64,000 nt of DNA from the human T2T-CHM13v2.0 reference genome, Homo sapiens: assembly GCF_009914755.1 (NCBI RefSeq), contig NC_060938.1. One strand, written 5' to 3'. A model generated the notes under the pieces. The model was not told where the DNA came from, ran no database searches, and worked only from the letters and a program-made list of their open reading frames with translations. A program made the position numbers and the translations under genes. Positions 29,680 through 43,046 of this stretch are shown piece after piece; within the stretch, counting starts at the first letter, position 1, and every line of letters begins with the position of its first letter.

Positions 29680-30769
29680 AAAAGGAAAGTGTGCTTTTCA
29701 GTAGGACCTGGGGTAGCCCGAGGTGTCTCCGGGTCTGTCATTGTCCAGTCACCAGCAAATAAGGCATGTAGCTGAAAGCCAGGATTGAGTCCATCCTGCA
29801 GCCCCCAGGAGAAATCTTAAACTAGAGATCTTGCCAAACCTCCTGGAGATTTCTCCCTGGGGGAATTTTGCATTGTGTTAATATATTGTCTTTGTGTCAG
29901 CCCCTGTGCCTTTTAAATTAATTTTCATCATTAGGAATTGTAGCCCAGAATCTTCCCTCTTGATTCTTTAAAAAATAAAAATTTTACCTAGCCACTTGAG
30001 ACACCAAGAAAGAGCTAGAAGGAGTATGATAGGCCTAAGGAAGATATCTGGGCCCAATTTTCATCAACCAACTCTTATCGCACACCTACTATGTGCAGAA
30101 ATGCGAGCAGGTGCACAGTGGTATTTCTTGAACTACTTTTGTCCTCTAACATGTGACCCTCTTTAGAATAAGCTTTATGAACTTTTTGTCCCCTTGTCTG
30201 ACATAAAGTGTTCCCTGCAAGTGAAATGGATGAGGGGGTTTCCTTTTCTCTCTAGATATTTAGGGAATTAGACCTTGAAGGAAGAGGGGAGGCAAGTGTT
30301 GGATTACAGGATTTAGGGGAAGACATGGCCTATGGCTGGAGCCAACAAGTGAGATTGAATCCCAGGAGATGCTCTTCGTAGGTGGAAAACTCATCAGCTC
30401 AACTGGACGCTTTGTACCAGCTCAGAGAGTTCTTAGCAATGATTGCTGCCAAAATATATATACTCTTAACTGAATCAGAAATACAGTGCTAAGTGAGTCA
30501 CTTGTGAGGACTCTAATAAATAATTCCATTTCAATACTATTTTTTTTCAGTTTCTATGATAATGTCTTTTGAAATACATTCATGAAGTTCCTGGAATCCA
30601 TGGTGAAAATTCATAAAAATGGTCCTTGAAATTAGCAAATTTGACTTCATCACTTATTAATTACAAATGTCTGCTCTGACATCACTGGTGTTTTGGGGAT
30701 CATAATGTATTAAAGTTTTGTTTTAAATCATAAGGTGTTATAGAAATTCAGATCTTGCAGGTTATAAAG

Positions 30770-30925
30770 CAGTGGTTAAAGACCTGGTCCTTGAAGCCAG
30801 ATCCTAGATTTGAGTTCTTTTTCTGCCACACATTTTAATTGCACAGCCATGGGGATGCCTCTTGACCTCTCTGAGGCCCAGGATTTCATTGCCTGGCACC
30901 TACTAAGTGCTCGACAGATACTATT
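30770..30925 (+). mobile_element. MIR SINE
   Basis: GCAGTGGTTAAAGAC..TTGACCTCTCTGAGGCCC..TGCCTGGCACCTACTAAGTGCTC. Confidence 0.7.
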
Positions 30926-32089
30926 TTTATTTTTACTATATGGCATCTGATTTTAAGGCAAATCTATTCCATAAAATCATAAAAAATAACACTCTACTGT
31001 CAGTCTTTTTTTGGCAAGCATTAAGGGTAAGTGGTCTTGGGGATGTATTGTCAGGTGAAGAATGGCATAATTTATTATGATTTTTAATCTTAGAAGAAGA
31101 GAGCGTCTCCTATATTGGAAAAATGTTACATTTTCTCTAAGGAGTAAAACAAAATTTTATAGTAGTATGTAAACTGTTAAAGAAACAACAAAAAACCCCC
31201 AACCACATGCATTAACCTGTTTTTGGTACTTAGTGACCTTAGGAAGGAAAGAGTTTAGAGTAACAACCAAGTTATTATAATTTCCATCAAAAGTAAAATA
31301 CTGAAGCAAGATAAATCTGACACGTGCTAGCTGTAGTGTCCGGAACAAGCACTATTCCTTATATAGCCAACTGTGGCAAGTAATGGCTGTGGTAAAGACA
31401 GTGGTCTGTATGCAGGATAACATTTCAACTACCCAGTTTTATAAAACTGCTGAAGAGCAAAAATGCAGCTGGGTTTGGGGAAAGGTCTTGAATACGTGGA
31501 AGGTTGGGGGAGAAGGATCTTGTTTGACCAACAGGACATATTATTGAAGATAATTATTTAGGTTGCCGTAAGAATTTACATCAATGTGTACTAAGAAATA
31601 ATGTGAGGCAAATTTAGGAATCTTAAAAAGATGTGAAATAATGATGGGCTTATGTTTTATGACTCTTTAGTATGGGAGGCATTAGGGAAAAACTATTAAA
31701 TTATTAGTCAGCAACTCTCCCAGGTACTGCAGAGTGTTTTTAAGGCACAGTGCCAATTCCTAGTAGATTTGATAAAAGTTTTCTGATTTTTATAAAAGAA
31801 AATCTTTCAAATGTTACAGAAGATGAATTTTACTATATTAAAGAATGAAATGATAAAGGTCTAGCCAGTTTGAGAGTGGTGATGGAAGAAAACTCTACAT
31901 TTGATATTAGGAGATACCATCCTTTTAAAATACAAGTACCTGTTTTGTTTCTTTAGTCTCCCTCATTTCTTCCTCTTTGATCTGCCTCTTAAAGGAGAAT
32001 TATTCCAACTTTTCTTCTAAGCCTCTCCATCTTCCTCCTTTCCTTCTTTTTTTTTTTTTTTCTCCAATAATTATCTTGGCTTTGAACAT

Positions 32090-33050
32090 TGAGTTTGTGC
32101 TATATATATTCAGGTCACCACTGGGTATACCAAATTAATAAGTCATGATCTCTGCCCTAGTTTTGGTGTGTTGGGGAAAGAACGGCAAGAAAACTTGTAA
32201 AATGTGATAAAGTCTTTACAGTGATTAGGAATATGTGTTCTAGAAGCACAAAAGAGGTGACATCTGAAGTTTCATGAAGGCTAAGTGAGTTAGTGGGGAG
32301 GAGGCGTTTCAGGAAGGAAAAACTGCAAGGACTCAGGCACAGGGCACGGAAATGGATGGTATCTTGGGAGAATGTTAGTCATTTTGTGTGTTTGGAATGT
32401 CGAGTGTATGTTGGAGTGTGCAGCAGCTGAGGTTGGATAAGTGGGGAGCTAATGATTTTATACTTTATCCTGCGGGTAGTGGAGAGTAACAAGAGGTTTT
32501 TAAGCACTGAGTGGGCTAACTAATTTCTTTTTATGGCTTTAACCACCATCCTTAAGTTAATTATTCCCAAATCCGTACCTGCAGTTCTGACTTTGTTCCT
32601 AAGTATCATAATTGTATTTTAAAGTGCTAACTCCCTACTGAACATATTATCCTGCTGTTACTCAAGCAAGTTGAGTTCAGACAAACTTACTTTGTCCCTT
32701 TACATTGTTCTTCCACTTGGGCTCTTTTCTTTGTTTCATAATGGCAACATTTCTCCAAATCAACTGGGCTGAACATCTTAGTGCCATCTTCAGCTTCCTT
32801 CTTTATTTGTTTCCTCATAGTATTTTGTTTACCAGAACCCACCACTTTTGCTCCCAAGCACTTCATGGCCATTTCCCTATTTCTTTTTCTACTGCCAGTG
32901 CCATATGGCTTAAACTCCTATTCTTTTTCATCTGTACTTTTGCAATGGCCTTTTAATATCCTACTTATTTTCTCTTTTACTTCTAATCCAGTGTGCATAA
33001 TTGGACCATAATTTTCTTCCTAAAATATGGATTTCCTGACATAATTTCTA
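32090..33050. mobile_element. Degenerate L2 fragments (minus to ~32510, then plus)
   Basis: TACTTTATCCTGCGGGTAGTGGAGAG..GGTTTTTAAGCA (antisense), followed by ATGGCTTTAACCACCATC..TCCCAAATC (sense). Confidence 0.5.
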
Positions 33051-33227
33051 ATCTTTTCCACTTTTCCTTATTTTTACAATCTCCTTCCTTATAATATTGC
33101 TTGTCAGAAATCATCATTCTTTGTAATACCATAATGCTTTTAAAAAATATCTTGATAACATCACAACTTGCCTTATATTAAAATAAACTTTATTTTTAAA
33201 ATACTTACACATTTTTAGAAGGCAGAG

Positions 33228-33770
33228 TATATTAGTTACCTATTACTGTGTAACAAATTACTCCAACATTTAGCAGCTTAAAATAATGCACATTCATTAT
33301 TTCACAGTGTCATTGAGTCAGAAGTCCAGGGTGCATCTTAACTGTGCTCTCTGGCTTAGGATCCCTCACAAGGCTGCTATCAAGATGTCAGTTGAGGGTA
33401 TGGTCATGATAAGGTTCAAGTGGGGTAGGATCGGCTTTTCAGCTCACTCAGTGGTCATGGCAAGGTTTAGTTTCTTCCCAGTTATTGGACAGAGGGTGTC
33501 AGTTTCTCACTGGCTGTTGGCCAAAGGCTTCCCTCAGTTACCTACCATACATATGTGTTTCTTTGTGGGGCAGCTTACAACATGAGAGCCTGCTTCAAGT
33601 GGAGAGTAGTGAGAGACAAAAGTCGCAGTCTTTTATAACCTAATTTTGGAAATGACATTCCATCACTTTGCTATATTCTGTTTGTTAAAAGCATGTCACT
33701 ATGTCCAGCCCACATTCAAGGAGAGTAAATAATTATACAAGGGAATGAGTAGCAGGCAGCTGACTATCAC
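33228..33770 (-). mobile_element. MaLR LTR, MLT1F-like
   Basis: TATTAGTTACCTATTACTGTGTAACAAATTACTCCAAC..TTAGCAGCTTAAAA..GTCCAGCCCACATTCAAGG. Confidence 0.8.
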
Positions 33771-35298
33771 ACAGAGCATCTATAATTTTACTCCCAACCT
33801 CTGTGACTAATGCCTTCTGCAACAGGTGTTTAATACTTTTTACTGATCGTATTGAAAGATATTGTTGCTTTTTGTAACTAAGATTTATGCCAGTGTTAAT
33901 TTTAACATCTACATTTGGTTAAAATTAGTTGACCTCTTTGAATTTTTTTGTGTAATATAAAAAGAGAAAAAAATGAAAAGGTACTAAATAGTCAGTTGGG
34001 TCATTTGGGGGTTCAGTACATGAATGCCACTCAATCATTTGGCAAAAATGATGACAACATACTGGAGAGGGAGGAAGAGAGTAATGTGATGGAAATTATC
34101 CCCGATACCATTTTTTTTTTCTGAATTTCACTTGACATCAACAACAAAAATATACACTAAAATTCAGTTCTAGGTAATTTCTAAATTTGTTAATAGTTTA
34201 GATTTCTTAATTTTCTCCAGTTAGATGCTTATGTAAACACTTTAGAAAGGCAGTTGCCAAGTTTGAAGTGACTTTCTATGTAAAGATATATAAATTTGAA
34301 GTAGTGATAGTTTTAAAATTTAGTTGTTTATAAACGTAAAAAACTCAGAAAAATATACTTTTCCTACATTAGTTTTAAGTAGGTTTTTATATCATCTTTA
34401 TGAGCAAAAGAATATTTTGATAGGCATTAAGGCCTAAGTTTCAGGGACCATTAGTGTGTTATAGCTATTTAATTTTTAAATTCAGAAATATTACACTTTG
34501 ACTCTAATAAATTATTTTTATATGCCTTTTCAAAGTTATAAACAGATTAAAAGAACATAATGTGAAAAGAGAAAAGTTCTATTAAAAATATTCCTGGTTT
34601 AGCTTAAGGTTTTATTCATTACTTGGGTCAAAATAACCTCAGCTTTATCTTTTTTATGTGTGTGTTATCTATTTTTGAGATGTTTGAGATAGAATAAAGC
34701 TCAAATTTCCAGGAGCAGCCAAATCATTGTACTTTGAATTTTTAAAATCATTTCTTTTTAGATGACAATAATGAAGCATTTGCATTTGAGCCTGGCAACA
34801 TGTGCATTTGAAAGTTTGCTAAATGAATATAATTGTGAATTAAACAACAAGAAAAATATTATTCTTTTAAAAACATTATTGAAACCATTACATATGAATT
34901 ATAAATTTTTTTCAGGCAACACGTTAATTAGTCAACTTTTTTCAGATCCTTATACATTTATTCAGATATTTCCTTTCATAGACTTGTCTCATCTTCAGGT
35001 GTGATTTTTAATGAATATTTTCAATTCTGCTAAAGACTACATTATTAAGTTCTATAACCAGGCCTAGTTATATATTTACATTTATACCCTTTTCTCAAGT
35101 CAAGCCCATTTGGAATTTAAGAATTTGAAAGGTCATGTAAAAATGAATTTAAAATTTAGTTTAGATAATTGCAATTTTACCACATTTCCAACTGTCATAG
35201 TCTCCATAATGAGAGATCAAGCACAATGTCATATATGAACTAAATTTATTGTGTTTTTCAGGAAAGTGAAACCTTTTCTAAATATTAATAATGGTTTA

Positions 35299-35510
35299 TG
35301 TGATGGTTAATGAGTGTCAACTTGATTGGATTTAAAGATGTAAAGTATTGTTCCTGGGTTTGTCAGTGAGGGTATTGCCGAAAAAGATTAATATTTGAGT
35401 CAGTGGACTGGGAGAGGCAGACCCATTCTCAAACTGGGTGGGCACCATCTAGTCAGCTGCCAGCATGGCTAGGATAAAAGCAGGCAAAGGAACATGGAAA
35501 GACTAGACTG
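35299..35510 (+). mobile_element. HERV-L 5' LTR (MLT2A), 3' half deleted
   Basis: TGTGATGGTTAATGAGTGTCAACTTGATTGGAT..; aligns with the 3' LTR for ~210 bp, then jumps into internal sequence. Confidence 0.9.
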
Positions 35511-38500
35511 TCTATATACATAATACCTTTGACCATATATGGGGAACCAAAAAATATGATTAAGTTGGTTGGTTGTTGCTAAGTTTAGTGGACAAAGTGA
35601 TGAAAGAAAACAATAAACTCAGGGATTCTAACTCATGGCTCCAGAAGACATACCTTTCACCAAAACTTTGCAAAATAGATTTGTGAGGGCAGCACCCGCA
35701 TCCTTGAAGAGCTCTGTGATTTCTCTTCTCTGTATGCCACATCTTATAGTGGGACTTGCAGTTACTCAACTACAAAATTTAAATGCAGTGGGAATAATTG
35801 AATCCTGAGATGGCAGGGGCCAAGTGGTGGCACTCAACTGCCAATGGCAAGATGGGTATAGTTACTGTAATGGACAGCAGAGGCAAAGCAAGCAGTCAGA
35901 ATAATCTGACTTGTGTAAGCTCTGGCATTGGCTAATTAATCATGGTGTTCCTAGAAGTGAAATTTATAGGAAGCCTACTGCATTCTTAATTTATATAAGC
36001 AGAAAACTTCCAGGTTGAGTGGACAAAATACTAATTAAAATTATGAAAACAGAGAAGCACAGTCCCTCAATCAAATTCCAGACTTGAGCCAGTTTACAGA
36101 CCCAGAACCCCATGAATGAAGGGGGAAGCTGGGAAGGCCTTGAGGAAGGACCCCACTACGCTACACTACAAACAATTTATGTTGTTATTCTTTTGCCCAT
36201 CCTTTCCCAAGGAGACTGCTGCCCTTTTACCAGGGTAACTGTGTATTGGAGAAAGGGAAATAATCAGACCTTTTATGGACTACTGGACACTGGCTCTGAG
36301 CTGACGTCAATTCCTGGGGACCTAAAATGTCATTGTGGTCCTCCAGTTAAAGTATGGGCTTATGGAGGTTAGGTATTAATGGAGTTTTAGCTCAGGCTTA
36401 ATTTACAGTGGGTCCATTGGGTCCCCGGACTCATCCTGTGGTCATTTCCCCAGTGCCAGAATGCATAATTGGCATAGACTTACTTAATAGCTGGCAGAAT
36501 CCCCACACTGGTTTCCTGACTGGTAGGGTGAGGGCTATTATGGTGGGAAAGGCTAAATGGAAGCTATTAGAGCTGCCTCTACCTAGAAAAATAGTAAATC
36601 AAAAACAGTATTGCATCCCTGGGGGGGGGATTGCAGAGATTAGTGCCACCATTGAGGACTTGAAAGATGCAGGGGTGATGATTCCCACTACATCCCCGTT
36701 CAACTCTCCCACTTGGCCTGTGTAGAAGACAGATGGATCTTGGAGAATGACAGTGGATTATCATAAGCTTAACCAAGTGGCCACTCCAGTTGCAGCTGCT
36801 GTACCAGATGTGGTTTCATTGCTTGAGCAAATTAACACATCTCTGGATACCTGGTATGCAGCCATAGATTTGGGAAATGTCTTTTTCTCCATTCCTGTCC
36901 ATAAGGTCCACCAGAAGAAATTTGCCTTCAGCTGGCAAGGCCAGCAATATACCTTTACTGTCCTACCTCAGGGATATATCAACTCTCCAGCTTTGTGTCG
37001 TCATTTTGTTCGGAGACATCTTGATCCTTTTCCCTTCCACAAGATATCACAGTGGTCCATTACATTGATGACATTATGCTGGTTGGATCCAGTGAGCAAG
37101 AAGCAGCAAACACACTGGTAAGACATTTGTATGTCAGAGGATGGGAAATAAATCTGACTAAAAATCAGGGACCCTTTACCTCAGTAAAATTTCTGGGGGT
37201 CCAGTGGTGTGGAGTCTGTCAAGATATTCCATCTAAGGTGAAGGATAAGTTGCTGCATTTGGCCCCTCCTATAACCAAGAAAGAGCCACAATGCCTAGTG
37301 GACCTATTTGGATTTTGAAGGCAACACATTCCTCATTTTGGTGTGTTACTCCAGCTCATTTATCGAATGACCAGAAAGGCTGCCATTTTTGAGTGGGGTC
37401 CAGAACAGAAGGCTCTGCAACAAGTCCAGGCTGCTGTGCAAGCTGCTCTGCCACTTGGGCCATACGACCCAGCAGATCCAATGAGATTGAGGGGTCAGTG
37501 GCAGATAGGGATGTTGTTGGGAGCCTCTGGCAGGCTCCCATAAGTGAATCACAGCAGAGGCCTCTAGGATTTTGGAGCAAGGCCCTCCCATCTTCTTCAG
37601 ATAACTACTCTTATTCTGTGAAACAGCTCTTGGCCTGTTACTGGGCTTTGGTAGAAACAATGTTTGACTGTGGGTCATCAAGTCACCATGTGACCTGCAC
37701 CACCTGTCATGAACTGGGTGCTTTCTGTCCCATTTAGCTGTAAAGTGGATTGTGCACAGCAGCATTCGGTCATGAAATGAAAGTGGTATATATGTGATTG
37801 GGCTCGAGCAGGTCTTGAAACACAAGTAAGTTACATGAGGAAGTGGCTTAAATGCCCATGGTCCCCATTCCTGCCACCCTGCCTTCTCTCCCCAAGCCTG
37901 CACTGATGGCCTCATGGGGAGTTCCCTATGATCAGTTGACAAAGGAAGAGAAGACAAGGACCTGGTTCACAGATGGTTCTGCACAATATGCAGGCACCAC
38001 ATGAAAGTGGACAGCTGCAGCACTACAGCCCCTTTCTAGGACATCCCTGAAGGACTGTGGCAAAGGGAAATATTCCCAGTTGGCAGAATTTGAGCAGTGT
38101 ACCTCATTGTGCACTTTAGTTGGAAGGAAAAATAGCCAGATGCATGATTATATACTGGTTAATGGGCTATAGCCAACGGTTTGGCTAGATGGTCAGGGAC
38201 TTGGAAGAAGCATAATTGGAAAATTGGTAACAAAGAAATTTGGGGAAGAGGTATGTCGATGGACCTCTCTGAGTGGTAAAAAACTGTGAAGATATTTGTA
38301 TCTGCTGTGAATTTTCACCAAAGGATGACCTCAGCAGAGGAGGATTTTAATAATTACATGGATAGGATGACTCGTTTTGTGGACACCACTCAGCCTCTTT
38401 CCCCAGCCATCCCAGTCATCACCCAATGGGCCCATGAACAAAGTGGCCATGGTGACAGGGCTACAGGTTATGCATGGGCTTAGCAACATGGACTTCCACT

Positions 38501-39955
38501 CACTAAGGCTGACCTGCCTATGGCCACTGCTGAGTGCCCAATTTGCCAGCCCCAGATATCAATACTGAGTCCTCGATATGGCACTGTTCCTCGGGGTGAT
38601 CAGCCAGCCACCTGGTGGCAGGTTGATTATATTGGACCTCTTCTATCATAGAAAGGGCAGAAGTTTGTCCTCACAGGACTAGACACTTACTCCAGTTATG
38701 GGTTTGCCTATCCTGCATGCAATGCTTCTGCCAAGACTACCATCCGTGCCCTCATGGAATGCCTTACCCACTGTCATGGTATTTCACATAGCATTGCCTC
38801 TGACCAAGGCACTCACTTTATAACTATGGAAGTGTGGCACTGGGCTCGTACTCATGATTCTTACCATGTTCTCCATCATCCTGAAGTAGCTAGATTGATG
38901 GAACAGTGGAATGGTCTTTTGAAGTCACAATTACAATGTCAATTAGGTGAGAATACTTTGCACGGCTGGGACAAAGTTCTCAGAAGGCTGCGTATGCTCT
39001 GAATCAGTGTCCAATATATTGTATGGTTTCCCCCATAGCCAGGATTCACAGGTAGAAGGATCAAGGGGTGGAAGTAGAAGTGGCACGACTCACCATCACC
39101 TCTAGTGACCCACTAGCAAAATTTTTGCTTCCTGTTCCTGCAACATTTTTTTGTGCCGGCCTAGAGGTCTTAGTTCCAGTGGTAGAAGTGCTGCCCCAGG
39201 AGACACAACAATGATTCCATTAAACTGGAAGTTAGGATTGCCACCTGGTCATTTTGGGCTCCTTCTACCTCTAAGTCAGCAGGCTAAGAAAGGAGTTACA
39301 ATGTTGTCTGGGTGATTGCCCAGACTATTAAGATGAAATCAGTCTACTGTGCCACAATGGAGGTAAGGAAGAGTATGCGTGGAATACAGGAGATCCCTTA
39401 GGGCATCTCTTAGTATTACCGTTCCCTGTTTAAGGTTAATAGGAAACTAAAACAACCCTTCCAGGCAGGACTACAAATTGCCGAGACCCTTCAGGAATTA
39501 AGGTTTGGGTCACTCCACCAGGTAAAAAGCCACAACTTGCTGAAGTGCTTGCTGAAGGCAAAGGGAATACAGAATGGGTAGTAGAAGAAGGTAGTCATCA
39601 ATACCAGCTATGACCACGTGACCAGTTACCAAAACAAGGACTATAACTGTCATGAGTATTTCCTTCTTAGTTTGTTAAGAACATGTTTGTGCATGTATAC
39701 ACTTGTATGAAGAAAATATCTTCATTTTATTTTCTTTTTCCTTTATCATGTGACATAAGATTTTTTGACTTCATATCAGCATTTAAATGTTGTTAACTTC
39801 ATGTAAACAATTGGGTTGGGATTGGTGTGCTTCTAGTTGTACGAAAGATAGTTGTCTTATGTTAGGTGTAATTATGACCTTATTCTTTTATTTCTCTGAA
39901 GATTGTATATGATTTCAGGAAATGTATATGGGTTCGAGTTGACAAGGGGTAGACT
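35511..39955 (+). pseudogene. HERV-L internal region: partial gag, protease, RT, RNase H, integrase, dUTPase; all disabled
   Basis: Protease LLDTGSELT (36112 ORF); [12 protein letters not shown] and YIDDIML; RNase H WFTDGS (37963-37980); integrase HEQSGH/CPIC, WQVDYIGP, IASDQGTHF, EQWNGLLK; dUTPase-like region ~39150-39430; polypurine tract before 39956; no env; stops at 36370, 36723, 37316 and frameshifts. Confidence 0.95.
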
Positions 39956-40471
39956 TGTGATGATTAATATTGAGTGTCAACTTGATTGGATTTAAAGATG
40001 CAAAATATTGTCCTGGGTGTGTCTTTGAGGGTGTTGCCAAAGGAGAATAACATTTGAACGAGTGGATTGGGAGAGGCAGACCAACCCTCAAGTTGGATGG
40101 GCACCATCTAGTCAGCTGCCAACATGGCTAGGATTAAAGCAGGCAAAGGAGCATGGAAGGACTACACTGGCTGTGTCCTCCAGCCTACATCTTTCTCATG
40201 TGCTGCATGCTTCCTGCCCTTGAACATTGGATTCCAGGTTCTTCAACTTTTGGACTCTTGGACATTAACCAGAGACTGAAGGCTGCATTTTTGGCTTCCC
40301 TACTTTTTAGGTTTTGTGACTCAGACTGGCTTCCTTGCTCCTTAGCTTGCAGATGACCTATTGTGGAACTTCATCTTGTGATCGTGTGAGTCAGTGCTTC
40401 TTAATAATCTCCCCTTCATATATACATCTATCCTATTAGTTCTGTCCCTCTAGAGAACCCTGACTAATATA
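39956..40471 (+). mobile_element. HERV-L 3' LTR (MLT2A1/A2)
   Basis: TGTGATGATTAATATTGAGTGTCAAC ... TCTGTCCCTCTAGAGAACCCTGACTAATATA. Confidence 0.95.
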
Positions 40472-40923
40472 GCTTGGTTACTAATTTGTTCAATACCGGC
40501 TTTAAGGATACCCTTTTATCATAGACTACATTTTGATGAACAATAGAAAATAATATGATTAAATACCTTTTTCTTACTCCAAAAATGAAGATCAATAAAA
40601 TTATTAAAAAGAATATCCACAAAAATCCATGTTGATTTTCCCCAACTAAACTGATAGTACAATTTAGTTATTCAACTTGAAGAAATTAGCTAAAATATAG
40701 TGAATGAAATGGGCACAAGCTTCTGTAGGCATGATAGATATCATCCATGTGTGGAGAGGAAAATGTCTTAGGGTCCAGTGATATAAGATGCCAAGCTGTT
40801 GAAGATAGTCTTAGACATTTCTTTTCCCAGTGGCCTGTACCCCAACATCCCCCTTGAAACAAAGAACTTAGCATGAAGCTGGAACATTCACTGGGCAATT
40901 TTTAATGCTTAACAAATAGATGA

Positions 40924-41276
40924 TGTATTAGTCTGTTCTCACACTGCTAATAAATATATATCAGAGACTAGGTAATTTATACAGGAAAAAGATTTAATGA
41001 CTCACAGTTCTATGTGGCTGCGGATGCCTTACAATCATGGCAGAAGGTGAAGGGGAAGAAAGACACGTCTTACATGGTGGCAGGCAAGAGAGCCTGTTTA
41101 GAGGACTCCCATTTATAAAACTATCAGATCTTGTGAGACTTAATCACTACCATGAGAACAATATGGGGGAAACTACCCCCATGATTCAATTATCTCCACC
41201 TGGCTCCACCTTTGACACATGGGAATTATTACAGTTCAAGGTGAGATTTGGGTGGGGACACAGCTAAACCATGCCA
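40924..41276 (-). mobile_element. THE1 (C/D-like) solo LTR
   Basis: TGTATTAGTCTGTTCTCACACTGCT...GGGTGGGGACACAGCTAAACCATGCCA; near-TSD GATGA/CATGA. Confidence 0.9.
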
Positions 41277-43046
41277 CATGATGTTACTGTTCATTAATGA
41301 TCAGTACATATGCATGATGCTTTCTCTTATGTTATTCATCCCTTGAATTAAGCATATAAACAGCAGCAGTTTCTTTGGGGAACCTTACTGACCTCATTTT
41401 CAGTTTTTCATGACTTGTGTGTGAAACACAGATTCAAAGGTATATATGCAGAAAGTCTTTCTTGTCTTGTTCTCTGATGCCACGCTGGGAACACTAGACA
41501 TGTACTCAGCCATTACGAATATTGTATTTTGTCTTCTGTTTCAGGATTTTTCTCTTTGTACACAACTCTAAGATTGAGTTGCTCATTCATTGCGATGAGT
41601 GGTAAGACACAAACCTTCAATCTCTATACGCCTCAAGTAAGCCTTAAAAGCAAAATATGTTCTGCATAAAGGTGGAAGAATAATGATTTGGAATCTGTGT
41701 AGTGCAGAAATAGGATAATGTTGAACCTGCTCCTCTCCTAGGCCTGTGGTACTTTGGGTGCTGGAATTAGGCAGTCACTACCAAAGATTGCTGCAAAAGA
41801 AGCAGTGATATTGGGTGAATAAATATTTTGGTATAGAAATGCAAACAATAGGTGGTTCATCTCAAACAAAACCCATAGATCACCTGTCCAACTTTGTTAG
41901 CTTGCTAGGAAGTTAGTTATAATTACAAATACAGTCTAAGACATATTTTCTAGTTATTAACATATTCCATACAATCTTGATAGCATTATTCCAAAAACCA
42001 AGATCATATCATTAATTTAAACCTATTCCATGCAGTGACTATTGAGAAAAAGTAAATAGTATCTTCTCTTAATGGATAGATATGTTCTTTTGTACCATAG
42101 ATTATCTTTACAATAGTAACCTGGCACTAATTGAACTTTCAAAATTGAACTGCTGCTGATAAATCTCTTAAAAAGTCTTTTTTATATGTAGTAAAATGTT
42201 TAAGAAACACTAAAAAAGTTAGAACAAAAAGATAAAATGAGAAACAGAATATGAAATAAATTAGTATAAGACCTTGGTATTATACCAAGGTTAGGAAGAC
42301 AGTTCAGTAGAATTCAAATTATTATTTTATTGCTGTTCTTCACTTTGGGAAAGGTGTATGTATATGTAAGAAGTTGCTTATATAGTGCCAAACAAATGTC
42401 TTCAAATTTAAGAACAATGCCCATGAAAGGAAAATCAACCTAACAAGAAAGAAATATTAATATTTATAACGCAAGAAACCTTAAAAGGGGTTATGACCTT
42501 GTATAAGAGTATATATATAGGTAGATAGATACATATATTATAAATATATTGACATATGAACATACTTAACTACAACGTAGCTGATATTCTAAAAATAAAA
42601 TATTGAATTGTGATTTTATGTATGTTTCTTTTTAGTAAACAAAGGGGATTAAGGGAAATATAAAAATGCAATGGAAAAAATATATTTGCCTGTGATAGTA
42701 CTAAAATTTGTTACTTGATATTTCAATTAAACTTAAAAAGACAAAACAAGGAAGCAACAAAGAGATTTGCAGCACAGCAAAAATGGCCATCAAGAGATCA
42801 CATTTGTCTTCTCTTCAACTGGCTTGGTCTGACGGTACTTCAAAATTGTACTGGGGATTCTGGAACCATTTTTTATAAAGGTGAAAGTTGGGTAACTTGA
42901 CATCCAAAAGGAAGTTAATATAATAATTGGTTTTACATGTGAATATATCCTCAGTTTCATCATATTTACTAAAGGAGAGAGAAAAACTTGACTTATAAAT
43001 GTGGCTCCCCTTATTTAAAATTACTTAGCCTATGGAATAAATAAAT

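Noticed and set aside
30491-30503. Extended AP-1 palindrome AAGTGAGTCACTT
   Set aside because: A single short motif cannot support a regulatory call without chromatin data.
37346-37957. 203-aa antisense ORF
   Set aside because: Shadow ORF opposite HERV-L pol.
36112-39002. HERV-L pol as a functional or domesticated gene
   Set aside because: Catalytic motifs survive, but the frame is broken by many stops and frameshifts.
35294-40476. HERV-L 5-bp TSD
   Set aside because: GTTTA versus GCTTG has 2 mismatches, too weak to use as evidence.
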